A stretch of DNA of 64,000 nt from Nanobdellota archaeon (GCA_034723595.1 JAYEPB010000078.1:9592-73591); one strand, 5' to 3'; numbered from the stretch's first letter, positions 45,931-56,246 are shown. Translations and numbers: made by a program. Notes: a model not told the origin generated them from the letters alone.

Positions 45931-48453
45931 TCAAATATCCAGCAAACTCTTCTGCACAAAAGTATCGATTTTTTCCTTAATCTTTTTTTCATCTTTTGGC
46001 TCAGGTCTTTTCTTAGTCTTCAATTCTGCATGGATTTTTTCGCCGATTTCATCTTCCATCTCAAGTCGAGTCATTATGATTTTGCTCCTGTCTATAACTC
46101 CAACAGGCACGCCAGCAAGTTTTGCTACCTGTATCCCATAGCTCTTGTCAGTGCTGCCTTCGATGATTTTTCTTAAGAAGATAATCTTATCATCTTTCTC
46201 CTTGACAGCGATGTTGTAGTTCCTTATTCCCTGAAGCTTTTCAGCGAGCTTGTTCATCTGATGGTAATGGGTGGCAAAGAGAGTTTTTGCTTTTATATTG
46301 TCATGTATATATTCTGCGATTGCCCATGCAAGCGAAACTCCGTCATATGTGGAAGTTCCCCTGCCAATCTCATCCAGCACGATGAAAGATCTTGCTGTGG
46401 CATTGTTCAGGATATTTGCAGTTTCAGTCATCTCTACCATAAATGTGGATTGTCCCATAGTAAGATCATCATAAGCGCCAACTCTTGTGAAGATGCGGTC
46501 AACTGTGCAGATTGAGGCTTTTGCTGCAGGAATAAATGAGCCAATCTGTGCCATTATGATAATTAGAGCTGCCTGCCTCATATATGATGATTTGCCAGCC
46601 ATGTTAGGACCTGTTATTATCTGGATGTAATTGCCTGTGTCAATTGAGATGTCATTAGGTATGTAGATATCTTCAAGAGTCTCAAGCACTGGATGCCTGC
46701 TGTCAATTATGTGGATATTGCCTTCTTCATTTATAAATGGCTTTGTATAATTGTTGTCAGCAGCAATTTTTGCAAGATTCGCAATGACATCAAGTTCTGC
46801 AATAGACTGCGCAGTCTGCTGTATCTTGCTTGTCTGCTCTGCTATCTGCTTTATTATAGCCTGGAATATGTTGTATTCAAGGGTATTCAGCTTTTCTTCT
46901 GCGCCAAGAATAAGCTCTTCCTGCTTTTTCAACTCGTCTGTGATATATCTTTCACAATTTACCTGTGTTTGCTTTCTTATGTATTCCTGCGGTACAAGAT
47001 GCAGGTTTGATTTAGTTATTTCTATGAAATATCCGAATACCCTGTTATATTTTATCTTTAGGGATTTTATGCCAGTCTTTTCCTGCTCTTTCTGTTCAAG
47101 ACCTGCAATGTAGTTTTTTCCGTTTTTGGTTATATCCTTTAGTTTTTTAAGCTCTTCATCATATTCTGCTTTTATCAGGTTGCCTTCACGCAGGGATAAT
47201 GGAGGATCATCTTCGATTGCTTTGTTTATGATATCATGGATGTTATCCAGTCCATCCATATCTGCAATATTTTTAAGAATATCAGAATCTGATTCTGCTA
47301 TGATTGTTTTTATCTTGGGTATGAATGACAATGATCTCCTGAGCGCATTGAGGTCTCTTGCGTTTGCTGATCCGTAGCTAATCCTGCTTATCAGCCTTTC
47401 AATATCCAGGATATGCTTGAGATTATCTCTTATGTCTTCCCTTTTTATCATGTCGCTGAATAATTCTTCAACAGCTTCCTGCCTTTTTTTGATGTCTTTT
47501 GTCTCTATAAGCGGTCTGAGAAGCCATTTCTTCATCAGCCTGGATCCCATTGGAGTCTTTGTCTTATCCAGGATGCTTATCAGAGTTCCTCTTAAACTGT
47601 TTTCTCTTATGTTGCTTATCAGCTCAAGGTTGCGCTGTGTGCTTGCGTCAAGCACCATGAATTCAGAATCATTGAACTTTTTTATCTTATTGATATGGGA
47701 TAATGATGTCTTTTGCGTCTCTATGAGGTAGCTTATCAATGCTCCAGATGCAGATATCATCTCTTCTTCATTTGTTATGTCAAATCCCTCAAGATTGATT
47801 ACATTGAAATGCTCTTTAATTGTTTCTTTGCTTTTTTCATCCCAGTAATGCCTGTCATCATAGCCTGAGATTATGGTCCCAAGCTGGCTTATGCTCTTAG
47901 CCCAGTCTGAATCTTCCTGTGATAAGGGTATTATGCATTCGCTGGGTTTGAACCTGTTGAGTTCAGATATAACTTTGTCCATGCTTTCTGCTTTTGAAGT
48001 GAGAAATTCGCCTGTGGAGATGTCAGCTATTGCAATGCCGAATATGTCTTTATCCTTGATTATAGAAAAAATATAGTTGTTGTTTTTCTCGTCAAGCAAG
48101 CAATCTTCTATAATTGTTCCCGGGGTGACAATCCTTACAAGCCCTCTCTTTACAAGGCCTTTTGCTTTTTTAGGATCTTCGAGCTGCTCAACTATCGCTA
48201 CCTTGTAGCCTTTTCTAATCAGTTTTGCAAGGTACTGCTCAAGAGCATGATATGGTATGCCTGCAAGTGGTGCTTTTGTCTCACCCTTTCCTCTTGCTGT
48301 CAGCACTATGTTAAGCTCTCTTGCGACAATCTTTGCATCTTCATAGAATGTTTCATAGAAGTCGCCCATCCTGAATAAGCAGAGGGCATCAGGATTTTGG
48401 TTCTTTATTTCCATATACTGGCGCATGCCTGGTGTAAGCTTCATATTATCCAC
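45931..48453 (-). CDS. mutS: DNA mismatch repair protein MutS (bacterial MutS1 type)
   Basis: Walker A GPNMAGKSSYMRQ, Walker B DEIGRGTSTYDG and the MutS domain order across 840 aa. Confidence 0.85.
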   Translation of the reverse strand: MDNMKLTPGMRQYMEIKNQNPDALCLFRMGDFYETFYEDAKIVARELNIVLTARGKGETKAPLAGIPYHALEQYLAKLIRKGYKVAIVEQLEDPKKAKGLVKRGLVRIVTPGTIIEDCLLDEKNNNYIFSIIKDKDIFGIAIADISTGEFLTSKAESMDKVISELNRFKPSECIIPLSQEDSDWAKSISQLGTIISGYDDRHYWDEKSKETIKEHFNVINLEGFDITNEEEMISASGALISYLIETQKTSLSHINKIKKFNDSEFMVLDASTQRNLELISNIRENSLRGTLISILDKTKTPMGSRLMKKWLLRPLIETKDIKKRQEAVEELFSDMIKREDIRDNLKHILDIERLISRISYGSANARDLNALRRSLSFIPKIKTIIAESDSDILKNIADMDGLDNIHDIINKAIEDDPPLSLREGNLIKAEYDEELKKLKDITKNGKNYIAGLEQKEQEKTGIKSLKIKYNRVFGYFIEITKSNLHLVPQEYIRKQTQVNCERYITDELKKQEELILGAEEKLNTLEYNIFQAIIKQIAEQTSKIQQTAQSIAELDVIANLAKIAADNNYTKPFINEEGNIHIIDSRHPVLETLEDIYIPNDISIDTGNYIQIITGPNMAGKSSYMRQAALIIIMAQIGSFIPAAKASICTVDRIFTRVGAYDDLTMGQSTFMVEMTETANILNNATARSFIVLDEIGRGTSTYDGVSLAWAIAEYIHDNIKAKTLFATHYHQMNKLAEKLQGIRNYNIAVKEKDDKIIFLRKIIEGSTDKSYGIQVAKLAGVPVGVIDRSKIIMTRLEMEDEIGEKIHAELKTKKRPEPKDEKKIKEKIDTFVQKSLLDI

Positions 48454-48638
48454 ATTTGATGAATATGGAGATTATTTAAATATGTTGCTAAAAATTTGGG
48501 TTGGAGAATTTTTAAGGGGTATAAGGTGATGGTTTGCTATGGTTTGGGAAATATGTATGACTTCGTTGAATAATTATAAAAAATCATAGAAGTCTAGTTT
48601 AAGAAAGTTATTTAAATCACCATTCAATTCCATAATCC

Positions 48639-49220
48639 ATGATAATAGGAGTTGATCTTGATGATACGCTTGCGTCTTGTATAAAATATTTTCTTGATTT
48701 CTATAATGATAAGCATAGCACAGAATTTATAATTGATGATGTGAAGGCTTATGGTCTTTGGGAAATATTTGGCTGTTCAAAAGAGAGTGTGATGGATGAT
48801 ATAGCTGAATTCTATGCTCATCCTGATTTTGATAATATGACTCCAATTGAAGGTTCGGTTCAGGCAATACAAAGGCTTGCGGAAGAGCATGATATTTATG
48901 TAATTACAGCAAGGCCTTCTTATCTGGAAGATAAAATTAGAAATAGGATTGAATCTAATTATGGGTCATGCTTTAGGGATATTATTCTTACTAATCAGGT
49001 GTTTGAGAAAGACGATGCAAGAAAAAAATCAGACATCTGTAATGATCTTGGCGCAAAGTTGATGATTGAGGATAGTGTAAGTCATGCATATGATTGCGTG
49101 TCTGAAGGTATAGATGTCTTTTTGATGGATATGCCCTGGAATCAAAGCTATAACGCAGATGATAAAATAACCAGGGTGTATTCCTGGAAAGATATTGAAA
49201 AAGAAATAAATTTGGGTTAA
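48639..49220 (+). CDS. HAD-superfamily 5'(3')-deoxyribonucleotidase-like hydrolase
   Basis: Motif I IGVDLDDTLA (DxDxT), the characteristic small cap, length 193 aa. Confidence 0.55.
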   Translation: MIIGVDLDDTLASCIKYFLDFYNDKHSTEFIIDDVKAYGLWEIFGCSKESVMDDIAEFYAHPDFDNMTPIEGSVQAIQRLAEEHDIYVITARPSYLEDKIRNRIESNYGSCFRDIILTNQVFEKDDARKKSDICNDLGAKLMIEDSVSHAYDCVSEGIDVFLMDMPWNQSYNADDKITRVYSWKDIEKEINLG

Positions 49221-49222
49221 AT

Positions 49223-49456
49223 CTAAATCCCTAATGCGTTTTTTATGGCTTCTTTGTTAAATCCGATGATGGCTTCTTCATCTATAAGGATTACAGGAAC
49301 TCCCATCTGGCCTGATTTCTCAAGCATCTCGTTCCTTGCTTCTGTGTCTTCTGAAACATCATATTCTTTGAATTCTATATTATTTTCTTTTAAGAAGTCT
49401 TTTGCCATATTGCAGTATGGGCATGTTGGTGTGCTATAAACTTTTACTTCAACCAT
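49223..49456 (-). CDS. glutaredoxin/NrdH-like small redox protein
   Basis: CPYC active site in a 77-aa thioredoxin fold. Confidence 0.7.
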   Translation of the reverse strand: MVEVKVYSTPTCPYCNMAKDFLKENNIEFKEYDVSEDTEARNEMLEKSGQMGVPVILIDEEAIIGFNKEAIKNALGI

Positions 49457-49508
49457 GATATCACCTCATACTTGATTCATTAAATGATGGAGTATTTAAT
49501 ATTTTGTT

Positions 49509-49892
49509 TTAGCAGCAATATAGTTCCTTCGGCACTTTTCCTTTCTCCACTTTGCCGAATGGATTGCCGTACTTGCGGACATTTTCTATCATCCGCTTGT
49601 TCGCTTCTGTCTCTTTCCCTGATTTGACCAGTTTTTCCCTCTCACCTATAACAGGTATTGCGACATTTGCTGCGCATCTTGCCCTGCAGGCACCGCATAG
49701 TGTACAGTCATAGAAAGTTAAGTCTGGTTCTTCATGCTGATTTATTATGAAAGCCTTGCCTCGAGGGCTGTATTTCTCGTTTTTCAATTGTTCGAATACA
49801 GGGCATGCAGTTCTGCACATCCCGCATTGCACACATCTGTCAACTTTATTGGGTTCTTGGTTCATTTTGATTATCCTTATTGTTGCTGTCAA
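49509..49892 (-). CDS. 2x[4Fe-4S] ferredoxin-domain protein (GlcF/HdrC-like N-terminal module)
   Basis: CVQCGMCRTACP and CTLCGACRARC motifs. Overlaps the upstream FAD-oxidase gene end in a different frame. The internal ATG at 49865 is a possible start. Confidence 0.6.
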   Translation of the reverse strand: MTATIRIIKMNQEPNKVDRCVQCGMCRTACPVFEQLKNEKYSPRGKAFIINQHEEPDLTFYDCTLCGACRARCAANVAIPVIGEREKLVKSGKETEANKRMIENVRKYGNPFGKVEKGKVPKELYCC

Positions 49893-51054
49893 TTAGCTTA
49901 TTTTTATTGAGTATTGCTTCTGGGTCATATTTCTTCTTCAGCATGTGCATTGTCTGCCTGAAATCTTCTTTAACATAGTCCTTTTTTTTCAGGCCAATTC
50001 CATGCTCTCCGCTGACTTCTCCGCCAAGCTCTTCAACAAGCCTGTACATTTCTGGAAGAAGGTCGCCTGTCTTGAAACGAGGGTGCAGAATACCTATGCC
50101 CAGATGGCCAAATGAAGGTATGTCATGCTGTTCAAGCCAGCTTATAAATTGAGGTATGTCTTTTAGAGGTATCTTTGGGTCTTCTTTTATTCCATATCCT
50201 TCTGAAGACAGGACAATGCCTACATTTTCTCTCATCTTCCATGATTCATCTATATCTTTTTCGTCAAATATCTCACCAGTGTCATCGTTGTATTCAACAA
50301 ACAGGTAATAGTATAATGATTTTAGCCCTGCAATCCTAGCAGCAATCTTGTCAATAAATTCAATAGCATTTAGCTTTTCAGGATCAAGCGATTTCACAAC
50401 ATCCATCAGCTCTGGCATTGTTTCAAGCTTGAAGATGTCAAGAGACCGTATTTTTGTAAGTTCAGCAAGATTAAGTTTTGCTTTTATTATTATGCCAGTT
50501 GTGCCTTCCCTTCCGCAGAAATGTTTTATGTTTTTGTCATTTGCTGTCATCACTCTGCCCATGCCGTCAATGATTTCTAAACCCTTTATCCACTCCATAG
50601 TCTTGCCATATCTTATTGCGCGCATCCCTGCAGCATTTGTAGATATCATACCCCCTATTGTGCAAACCTTATGTGATGCAGGTATGACTGGGAAAAAAAG
50701 ATTGTGTTTTGCAAGCTCTTTATTGAGATTGTCAAGGATAACACCTGGCTCTACGATTACTGTTTTTGATTTTGGGTCAATTTTTATTATTTTGTCCATC
50801 TTTGAGAAATCAACAACAATTGAATCCTGCGGCACTGCTGCTCCTGCAAGCCCTGTGCCTGCGCCTCTGGGGGTAATTGTAGAGTCTGTCCTGTGGGCAT
50901 ATCTGATAACTTTATATACATCTTCTTTGCTGGCAGGCCATATGACTGCTGATGCCTTGCCTTCAATCTGTGAGGCATCTACGCTGTAAACTAAAAGATT
51001 AAGTTTCTCATCAGAGGCATTTTTTCCAAATTGTTTATTCAGGAAACTGGTCAT
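49846..51054 (-). CDS. FAD-linked oxidase (GlcD / D-lactate dehydrogenase family)
   Basis: PCMH-type FAD-binding signature RGAGTGLAGAAVP and FAD-oxidase C-terminal domain length (402 aa). Confidence 0.7.
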   Translation of the reverse strand: MTSFLNKQFGKNASDEKLNLLVYSVDASQIEGKASAVIWPASKEDVYKVIRYAHRTDSTITPRGAGTGLAGAAVPQDSIVVDFSKMDKIIKIDPKSKTVIVEPGVILDNLNKELAKHNLFFPVIPASHKVCTIGGMISTNAAGMRAIRYGKTMEWIKGLEIIDGMGRVMTANDKNIKHFCGREGTTGIIIKAKLNLAELTKIRSLDIFKLETMPELMDVVKSLDPEKLNAIEFIDKIAARIAGLKSLYYYLFVEYNDDTGEIFDEKDIDESWKMRENVGIVLSSEGYGIKEDPKIPLKDIPQFISWLEQHDIPSFGHLGIGILHPRFKTGDLLPEMYRLVEELGGEVSGEHGIGLKKKDYVKEDFRQTMHMLKKKYDPEAILNKNKLIDSNNKDNQNEPRTQ

Positions 51055-51815
51055 TCTATTTCTTTGCCTCCTTCATTGGGGGTTTGGCTCTGGATTGCAT
51101 ATTTTCCAATTAAGAGCTGGCTGAATTCAAGCACTTCAATTCCCCTATCTTTTGCATGCTCTTTGAAGTGCGAGTAGCACATAGGGCATGGTGTGACAAG
51201 AGATACTGTCTTGCAAAGTTTCAGCCTTGCCTTTGCTATCTTGTTTGCTAAGTCCGGATTGTGATTCTTCAGCCCTCCTCCTGCGCCGCAGCATAGAGAA
51301 TCATTGTGATTGCATGGAAGTTCTAGTAATTTGAGATTAAGATTTTTTATTATCTTTCTAGGTTCATCAAATATCCTTCCTTTTCTTCCAAGATGGCAGG
51401 GATCATGATATGTTATTTTATTCCCTTCAACATCCTTTGCAAATTTAGGGTCAATCTTGTGGATGTTTTTCACAATAGTCTCAGTGATATGTTCTACATC
51501 AAGCCCGTAATTGTCTTTTAGTATAAGATAGCATGCAGGGCAGCTTGTTATTATTTTTTTAATTCCGTATTTACTGAGAAATATTCTGTTTGATTCCTGT
51601 AGATCTTCAAAATCGCTTTTGTATCCAGCATTAAGCACTGGGCTGCCGCAGCAATTGAATTCAGGTATGAAAATGAAATCTATTTCCATCATCTTTAGAA
51701 GATTCTTATAATTTTCCTCTATATCAGGATAGACAAAATGGGTCAGGCAGCCTGGATAGTATAAGATATTGCCGCCGCTGATAAGCTTTTTAAGTTTTCC
51801 AAATAGTTTTTTCAT
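51051..51815 (-). CDS. CCG (cysteine-rich) domain protein, HdrD/GlcF/LldE-like
   Basis: Two CCG domains (C..C...CCGSPV and C...CCGAGGG). Its 4-nt overlap with the FAD-oxidase gene suggests a complex. Confidence 0.65.
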   Translation of the reverse strand: MKKLFGKLKKLISGGNILYYPGCLTHFVYPDIEENYKNLLKMMEIDFIFIPEFNCCGSPVLNAGYKSDFEDLQESNRIFLSKYGIKKIITSCPACYLILKDNYGLDVEHITETIVKNIHKIDPKFAKDVEGNKITYHDPCHLGRKGRIFDEPRKIIKNLNLKLLELPCNHNDSLCCGAGGGLKNHNPDLANKIAKARLKLCKTVSLVTPCPMCYSHFKEHAKDRGIEVLEFSQLLIGKYAIQSQTPNEGGKEIE

Positions 51816-52006
51816 CTTAAGAAATTTGGTAAAATTGGAAATATAAAAAGGTTTCTAAAGTGGTCTGATTTTTATCATGTGGGGTAGGGTTTGTTTGGGA
51901 TTTTGATTCTGGGTTTGGTGGAAAATCAAGCCATTGATGAAAAACTTTAATAATAAGATCATTTTATATGCTTTAATGTAAAAAACATTCAAGGGGGATT
52001 AGTAAA

Positions 52007-52393
52007 ATGAGAAACTATAAAATAAGTAAAGGGGCAGCAATTGATTTGCAGGAGTGGGCATTAGAATTTTCAAGTGTAAAAAATGTACTAAAATCATTAC
52101 CTCAAATACCTGATGGTTCTAATAATAAGATTGAAGAAGGATTATATGTTGATTATAGTATAGATGAAGAAGAATTGGATGGGGGGGCAGATTGGCCTGA
52201 TATAGGAGTTGTCACAATCTATGCTGTATTAAATGATCAGAAGATTTATTTTGGTGAGATTAGGGCATATAATCAGGAAATGATCTGGCTTTCAACAAGA
52301 GAAGATGAAGAAGTTGATACTGTAGAAAACTGGTTTGAGTTAATAAAAGAGGATTATGAGGCATTAGTTCAGTCAAAAAATGAAGATAAATGA
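52007..52393 (+). CDS. hypothetical acidic protein (128 aa)
   Basis: ORF only. Confidence 0.3.
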   Translation: MRNYKISKGAAIDLQEWALEFSSVKNVLKSLPQIPDGSNNKIEEGLYVDYSIDEEELDGGADWPDIGVVTIYAVLNDQKIYFGEIRAYNQEMIWLSTREDEEVDTVENWFELIKEDYEALVQSKNEDK

Positions 52394-52404
52394 AAAAATT
52401 AGAA

Positions 52405-52545
52405 AATCAATTAACAGCTAACTACCTTGAGAATCTCTTCTCCATATTTCATTATCTTTGCTGGTCCAAGACCATGCACATCTTCTAGTTCTGCTAATGT
52501 CATAGGCATCTTCTGGGCGATATCAAGAAGGGTTCTGTCATGAGA
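52405..52545 (-). pseudogene. duplicated 3'-terminal fragment (last ~43 codons plus stop) of the UvrD-like helicase gene found at 54114-56246
   Basis: About 137 bp with 2 mismatches to 54108-54245 (seen directly). Encodes ...HDRTLLDIAQKMPMTLAELEDVHGLGPAKIMKYGEEILKVVSC* with no upstream coding continuation. Confidence 0.6.
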
Positions 52546-52637
52546 TTCATTAGCAGAAACAGAATAAATCAGTATTTCATACTATTATTGTATATATATA
52601 TACAAAAATAGTAACATTTATATAGTTTGCAGTATTC

Positions 52638-53264
52638 TTGATAACTATGCCATACAATAAAAAAGAAATTAACGCTGAAGTGCTATTTGAATTTATTCAA
52701 TCAATCTCTGGATTTTTTGAAGAGGAAATAGAGATGTATGCACTTGGTGGCACTGCTTTAACAATACTTCATATTAAGCCCTCAACTTTAGATATAGATA
52801 TTAATATTGATAAAATGGAAGAATATAGATATACCTGCAAAATCTTTGAACAGATAGGTTTTGAAAAAAAAGGAGTCTTTCGTTGGCTTAGCCAGGAAGG
52901 TATGGCATTCGATCTATTTTATGGATCTAATATATTAGGTACAGATTTGCTTCCAGATTGCCTTGATAAATCTAAATATATAAGATCTTTTGGTAAGATT
53001 AAACTTTATACCCTTTCAATATATGATATTATCATAAGCAAATTAGCAAGAGGTGACATGAGGGATTTTGATGATCTCAAAAGAGTATTTGAAAAGAAAG
53101 AAATAGACTTGCAAATGCTTATTCAGAGATATAAGGAAACAATGGATATTTCCATAGTTGCAGATTATAAACAAAAATTACTTGATTTGATTGAAATTAA
53201 GTTCAAAGAATGGAAATTTAGTCTTAATAGGGGCATTATAGAGGAGGTTAAGAAATGGGATTAA
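52638..53264 (+). CDS. minimal nucleotidyltransferase (MNT/pol-beta fold) domain protein
   Basis: GG-x12-DIDI pattern (LGGTALTILHIKPSTLDIDINI) matching the G[GS]...DxD nucleotidyltransferase signature. Confidence 0.45.
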   Translation: MITMPYNKKEINAEVLFEFIQSISGFFEEEIEMYALGGTALTILHIKPSTLDIDINIDKMEEYRYTCKIFEQIGFEKKGVFRWLSQEGMAFDLFYGSNILGTDLLPDCLDKSKYIRSFGKIKLYTLSIYDIIISKLARGDMRDFDDLKRVFEKKEIDLQMLIQRYKETMDISIVADYKQKLLDLIEIKFKEWKFSLNRGIIEEVKKWD

Positions 53265-54091
53265 ATATAGAAAATCAACTTGCAGATGCAGGATACAAGA
53301 TGTTGGGAGCAGATGAAAAAAATGAGAAGCTAATCTTATCTATTTTAAATACTTCAAATATTCGTTATCTGAAAGCAATTCCTTTCTTGATATATAATCA
53401 GAATCCTAATTTGAATCATATATATAAAAGAACAAAAAGTAAGAAATTGTTCTGCGCAATCATAAGTATTACCCACAAGATTTTCTCTGAATTTAAAATT
53501 CCAACAATTATACCTATATCTATATTGAGCAGATCTATGTCTCAGGCAGATTATGAACTGAAATTCAAATTGAATTATTCTGAATTTAGAGATGAATTTG
53601 AGATGCAATTGCGAAATGAGCAAAAACCAGAACTTTTGATAAATAAGCAAAAAATATATGCTGAAAGAAATCTGCAGATGTATCTTTCTCAAATATTTAC
53701 TAAAAAAGAAAAGCAGATAATTAAAAGGATATTGGAAGAGAAACCAATAAGCAGAACTGATTATGAGTATTATTCACGCAAAACAAAGAAAAAATTTCAG
53801 AGTATAATTAGTTTGCAAGAATTTGCTCAAACACTCTATGCTTTGGCTCCTAAATATGATGAAAGTCTGTTTAACCTAAAGAAGATGATTGAAAAGTGGC
53901 TTGAAAGCTATCGAAAAACTAAAGATATATCCATAGATAAATATCATATCTTTGATAGTGATAGCTTATTTATTATGTTTAAAGAAGGGAGTTCTCAGCG
54001 ATTGATTAATACTATTGTTAAACTAAAAGAGATTAAGGATAAGGAGATATTAAGACTTCTTGATGTGTATCGAGAGTGTGATTTTAGATGA
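53255..54091 (+). CDS. hypothetical protein co-transcribed with the nucleotidyltransferase (10-nt overlap)
   Basis: ORF. Helical and Lys-rich, with no recognisable motif. Could be the cognate partner, either HEPN-like or an unrelated effector. Confidence 0.35.
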   Translation: MGLNIENQLADAGYKMLGADEKNEKLILSILNTSNIRYLKAIPFLIYNQNPNLNHIYKRTKSKKLFCAIISITHKIFSEFKIPTIIPISILSRSMSQADYELKFKLNYSEFRDEFEMQLRNEQKPELLINKQKIYAERNLQMYLSQIFTKKEKQIIKRILEEKPISRTDYEYYSRKTKKKFQSIISLQEFAQTLYALAPKYDESLFNLKKMIEKWLESYRKTKDISIDKYHIFDSDSLFIMFKEGSSQRLINTIVKLKEIKDKEILRLLDVYRECDFR

Positions 54092-54113
54092 TTGAATGAA
54101 AGTTCCATATCAA

Positions 54114-56246
54114 TTAACAACTAACTACCTTGAGAATCTCTTCTCCATATTTCATTATCTTTGCTGGTCCAAGACCATGCACCTCTTCTAGTTCTGCTAA
54201 TGTCATAGGCATCTTCTGGGCGATATCAAGAAGGGTTCTGTCATGCATTATTATATAAGCAGGAGTGCCCATCTCTCTGCTGATTGCGCTTCGCCATTCT
54301 TTGAGCCTTGTTATGACATCACTTGATTTTCCTGAATTTATTTTTCCCAGGTTTGTTTTTGTGTTTGTTGTTGGTTGAACCTTTATCTCTTTCTCTTCAA
54401 TTATTTCCAGCATTGCATCAGTTATAAAATATGTATGTTTGCTGCCAGAATATGTCAGGTATAAGTTGTTTCTTGCCCTGCTCATCGCAACATAAAATAG
54501 TCTCCTTTCCTCTTCTTCCTTGTCGTATTCCTCTGCCTTGACCATGTCTATTACTGGATGCTCGCTGCCTTTGCAGGGAAAATTGATTCCATGACAGCCG
54601 ATTACAAAGACCATTTCTGCTTCCAGTCCTTTAATTGCATGTATTGTTGCAAGAGTTACATCATTTTCTCCAGCCATAATTGTTCTTTTAATCTCATCGC
54701 TTCTGACCACATGCTTTATCCCCCTCAGTTTCATCATCTGCGACAGCTCGTTCAGCTGCCTGTTGGTTCTTGCAAGCACAAATATCTCTTTCCTGGGAAT
54801 ATCTGATGCAATTATGCTCTGTATCACAAATTCAGATTCAGTATCTTCAGAATTAAATTTCAAAAGCTTGATATCCTTATTTCCCTCAAGCGATGATTCA
54901 AGGTCTGCCAGTCCCATGTTTTTTATTGATCTGTTTATCAGCCCAACTATGTGCTTTGTTGACCTGTAATTTTTTGTCAGAGTGATTATGTCGCAGCTAG
55001 GGTATTTTTCTTCAAAGTTCAGTATGTATTTTAGGTCTGAGCCTCTCCAGCCGTATATTGACTGCCTTGGGTCTCCTACGCAGAATAAGTTATCAGGAGA
55101 AAAAATATCTATGAGCTTTATCTGTGTTGAATTGACATCCTGATATTCATCTATAAGTACATGATCAAATTTCTGCACAAGATCTTTGCGTTTTTCAAAA
55201 AGAGATATTGTGTCTATCAGTTGGTCTGCAAAATCTCTAAGCCCATGCTTTTTCATGTATGCTTCAATATAATTGCAGATTCCAAAAACAAGATTTGCGC
55301 TTTTTTCATGTTCAAAGTCAATATCAAAGGATGATGCTTCAATCTTCTGATTCTTGAACTTGAAGTAGTCCCTGATAAAAAAGCAGTCATTCATAAATAT
55401 GTTTGCGAGCTGATCATAAGTTTTGCCGCGTTTCTGGGCATAGTTGAAATAAGTATCAACTGCATTGTTGATATTAATGTTAAGTTTAAACAGAGCTTTG
55501 TTTATCAATTTAATCTTATCTCGATAATTGATGACTCTTACCTGCTTGTCATATACAAGGTCATTATGCTGCCTAAGAATCTTTTCGCAGAATGAATTGA
55601 ATGTCTCAATCATTACATTATCAAGATTTCCTTTTTTTGCTATTCTTTGCATCATTTCCTGTCTTGCTTTTCTTGTGAATGTTATTGCGAGAATCTTCTT
55701 TGGGTCTGCTGACCTGTATTTTACAAGGAATTCAACCCGTTTTGTCAGCACTGTTGTCTTGCCAGAACCTGCTCCTGCTATGCATAATATGTGCTTTTTA
55801 CTGCTGAGGATTGATTTTTTCTGTTCATCATTGAATCTTGACAAAGCATCTCCAAATGCTTCAAACATCTTTTTGTCTTGTTCTGTTATTTCAGTCTTTG
55901 TTTCTTTGAAGTTAAATGATAGTTTTCTTTTGTATAATGAGGGGTTTTCGATTTCAGCTTTGCCTTTTGCGCTAAGTTCCATGACTTTCCAGAATTTGTT
56001 ACTGCTTAAAGAAACCAGTTTTATCATATCATTGAGTCTGAGATTGTCTATCATGTTACCTATTTCTTCTTTATTATAAGCAAGGCTTCCAAAGGTTTCC
56101 AGAAGATGCAACCTGTTCCTGATTATTGATTCATGGCTGTTTTTGCCTTGCAGAAATTCAATCAACAGTTTTTTTCCTACGCCAAAGGGAATTTCTTCTA
56201 ATGCTTTCAATATAAACAGATAATCCAGTTGATTGCTGTCATCCAT
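54114..56246 (-). CDS. UvrD/Rep/PcrA-family superfamily-1 DNA helicase with a C-terminal HRDC-like tail
   Basis: Walker A CIAGAGSGKTTVLTKR, helicase motifs across 710 aa, and a C-terminal helix-hairpin-helix-like segment. Confidence 0.75.
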   Translation of the reverse strand: MDDSNQLDYLFILKALEEIPFGVGKKLLIEFLQGKNSHESIIRNRLHLLETFGSLAYNKEEIGNMIDNLRLNDMIKLVSLSSNKFWKVMELSAKGKAEIENPSLYKRKLSFNFKETKTEITEQDKKMFEAFGDALSRFNDEQKKSILSSKKHILCIAGAGSGKTTVLTKRVEFLVKYRSADPKKILAITFTRKARQEMMQRIAKKGNLDNVMIETFNSFCEKILRQHNDLVYDKQVRVINYRDKIKLINKALFKLNININNAVDTYFNYAQKRGKTYDQLANIFMNDCFFIRDYFKFKNQKIEASSFDIDFEHEKSANLVFGICNYIEAYMKKHGLRDFADQLIDTISLFEKRKDLVQKFDHVLIDEYQDVNSTQIKLIDIFSPDNLFCVGDPRQSIYGWRGSDLKYILNFEEKYPSCDIITLTKNYRSTKHIVGLINRSIKNMGLADLESSLEGNKDIKLLKFNSEDTESEFVIQSIIASDIPRKEIFVLARTNRQLNELSQMMKLRGIKHVVRSDEIKRTIMAGENDVTLATIHAIKGLEAEMVFVIGCHGINFPCKGSEHPVIDMVKAEEYDKEEEERRLFYVAMSRARNNLYLTYSGSKHTYFITDAMLEIIEEKEIKVQPTTNTKTNLGKINSGKSSDVITRLKEWRSAISREMGTPAYIIMHDRTLLDIAQKMPMTLAELEEVHGLGPAKIMKYGEEILKVVSC

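Noticed and set aside
46261-48076. Multiple 60-120-aa plus-strand ORFs
   Set aside because: All lie antisense within the mutS gene.
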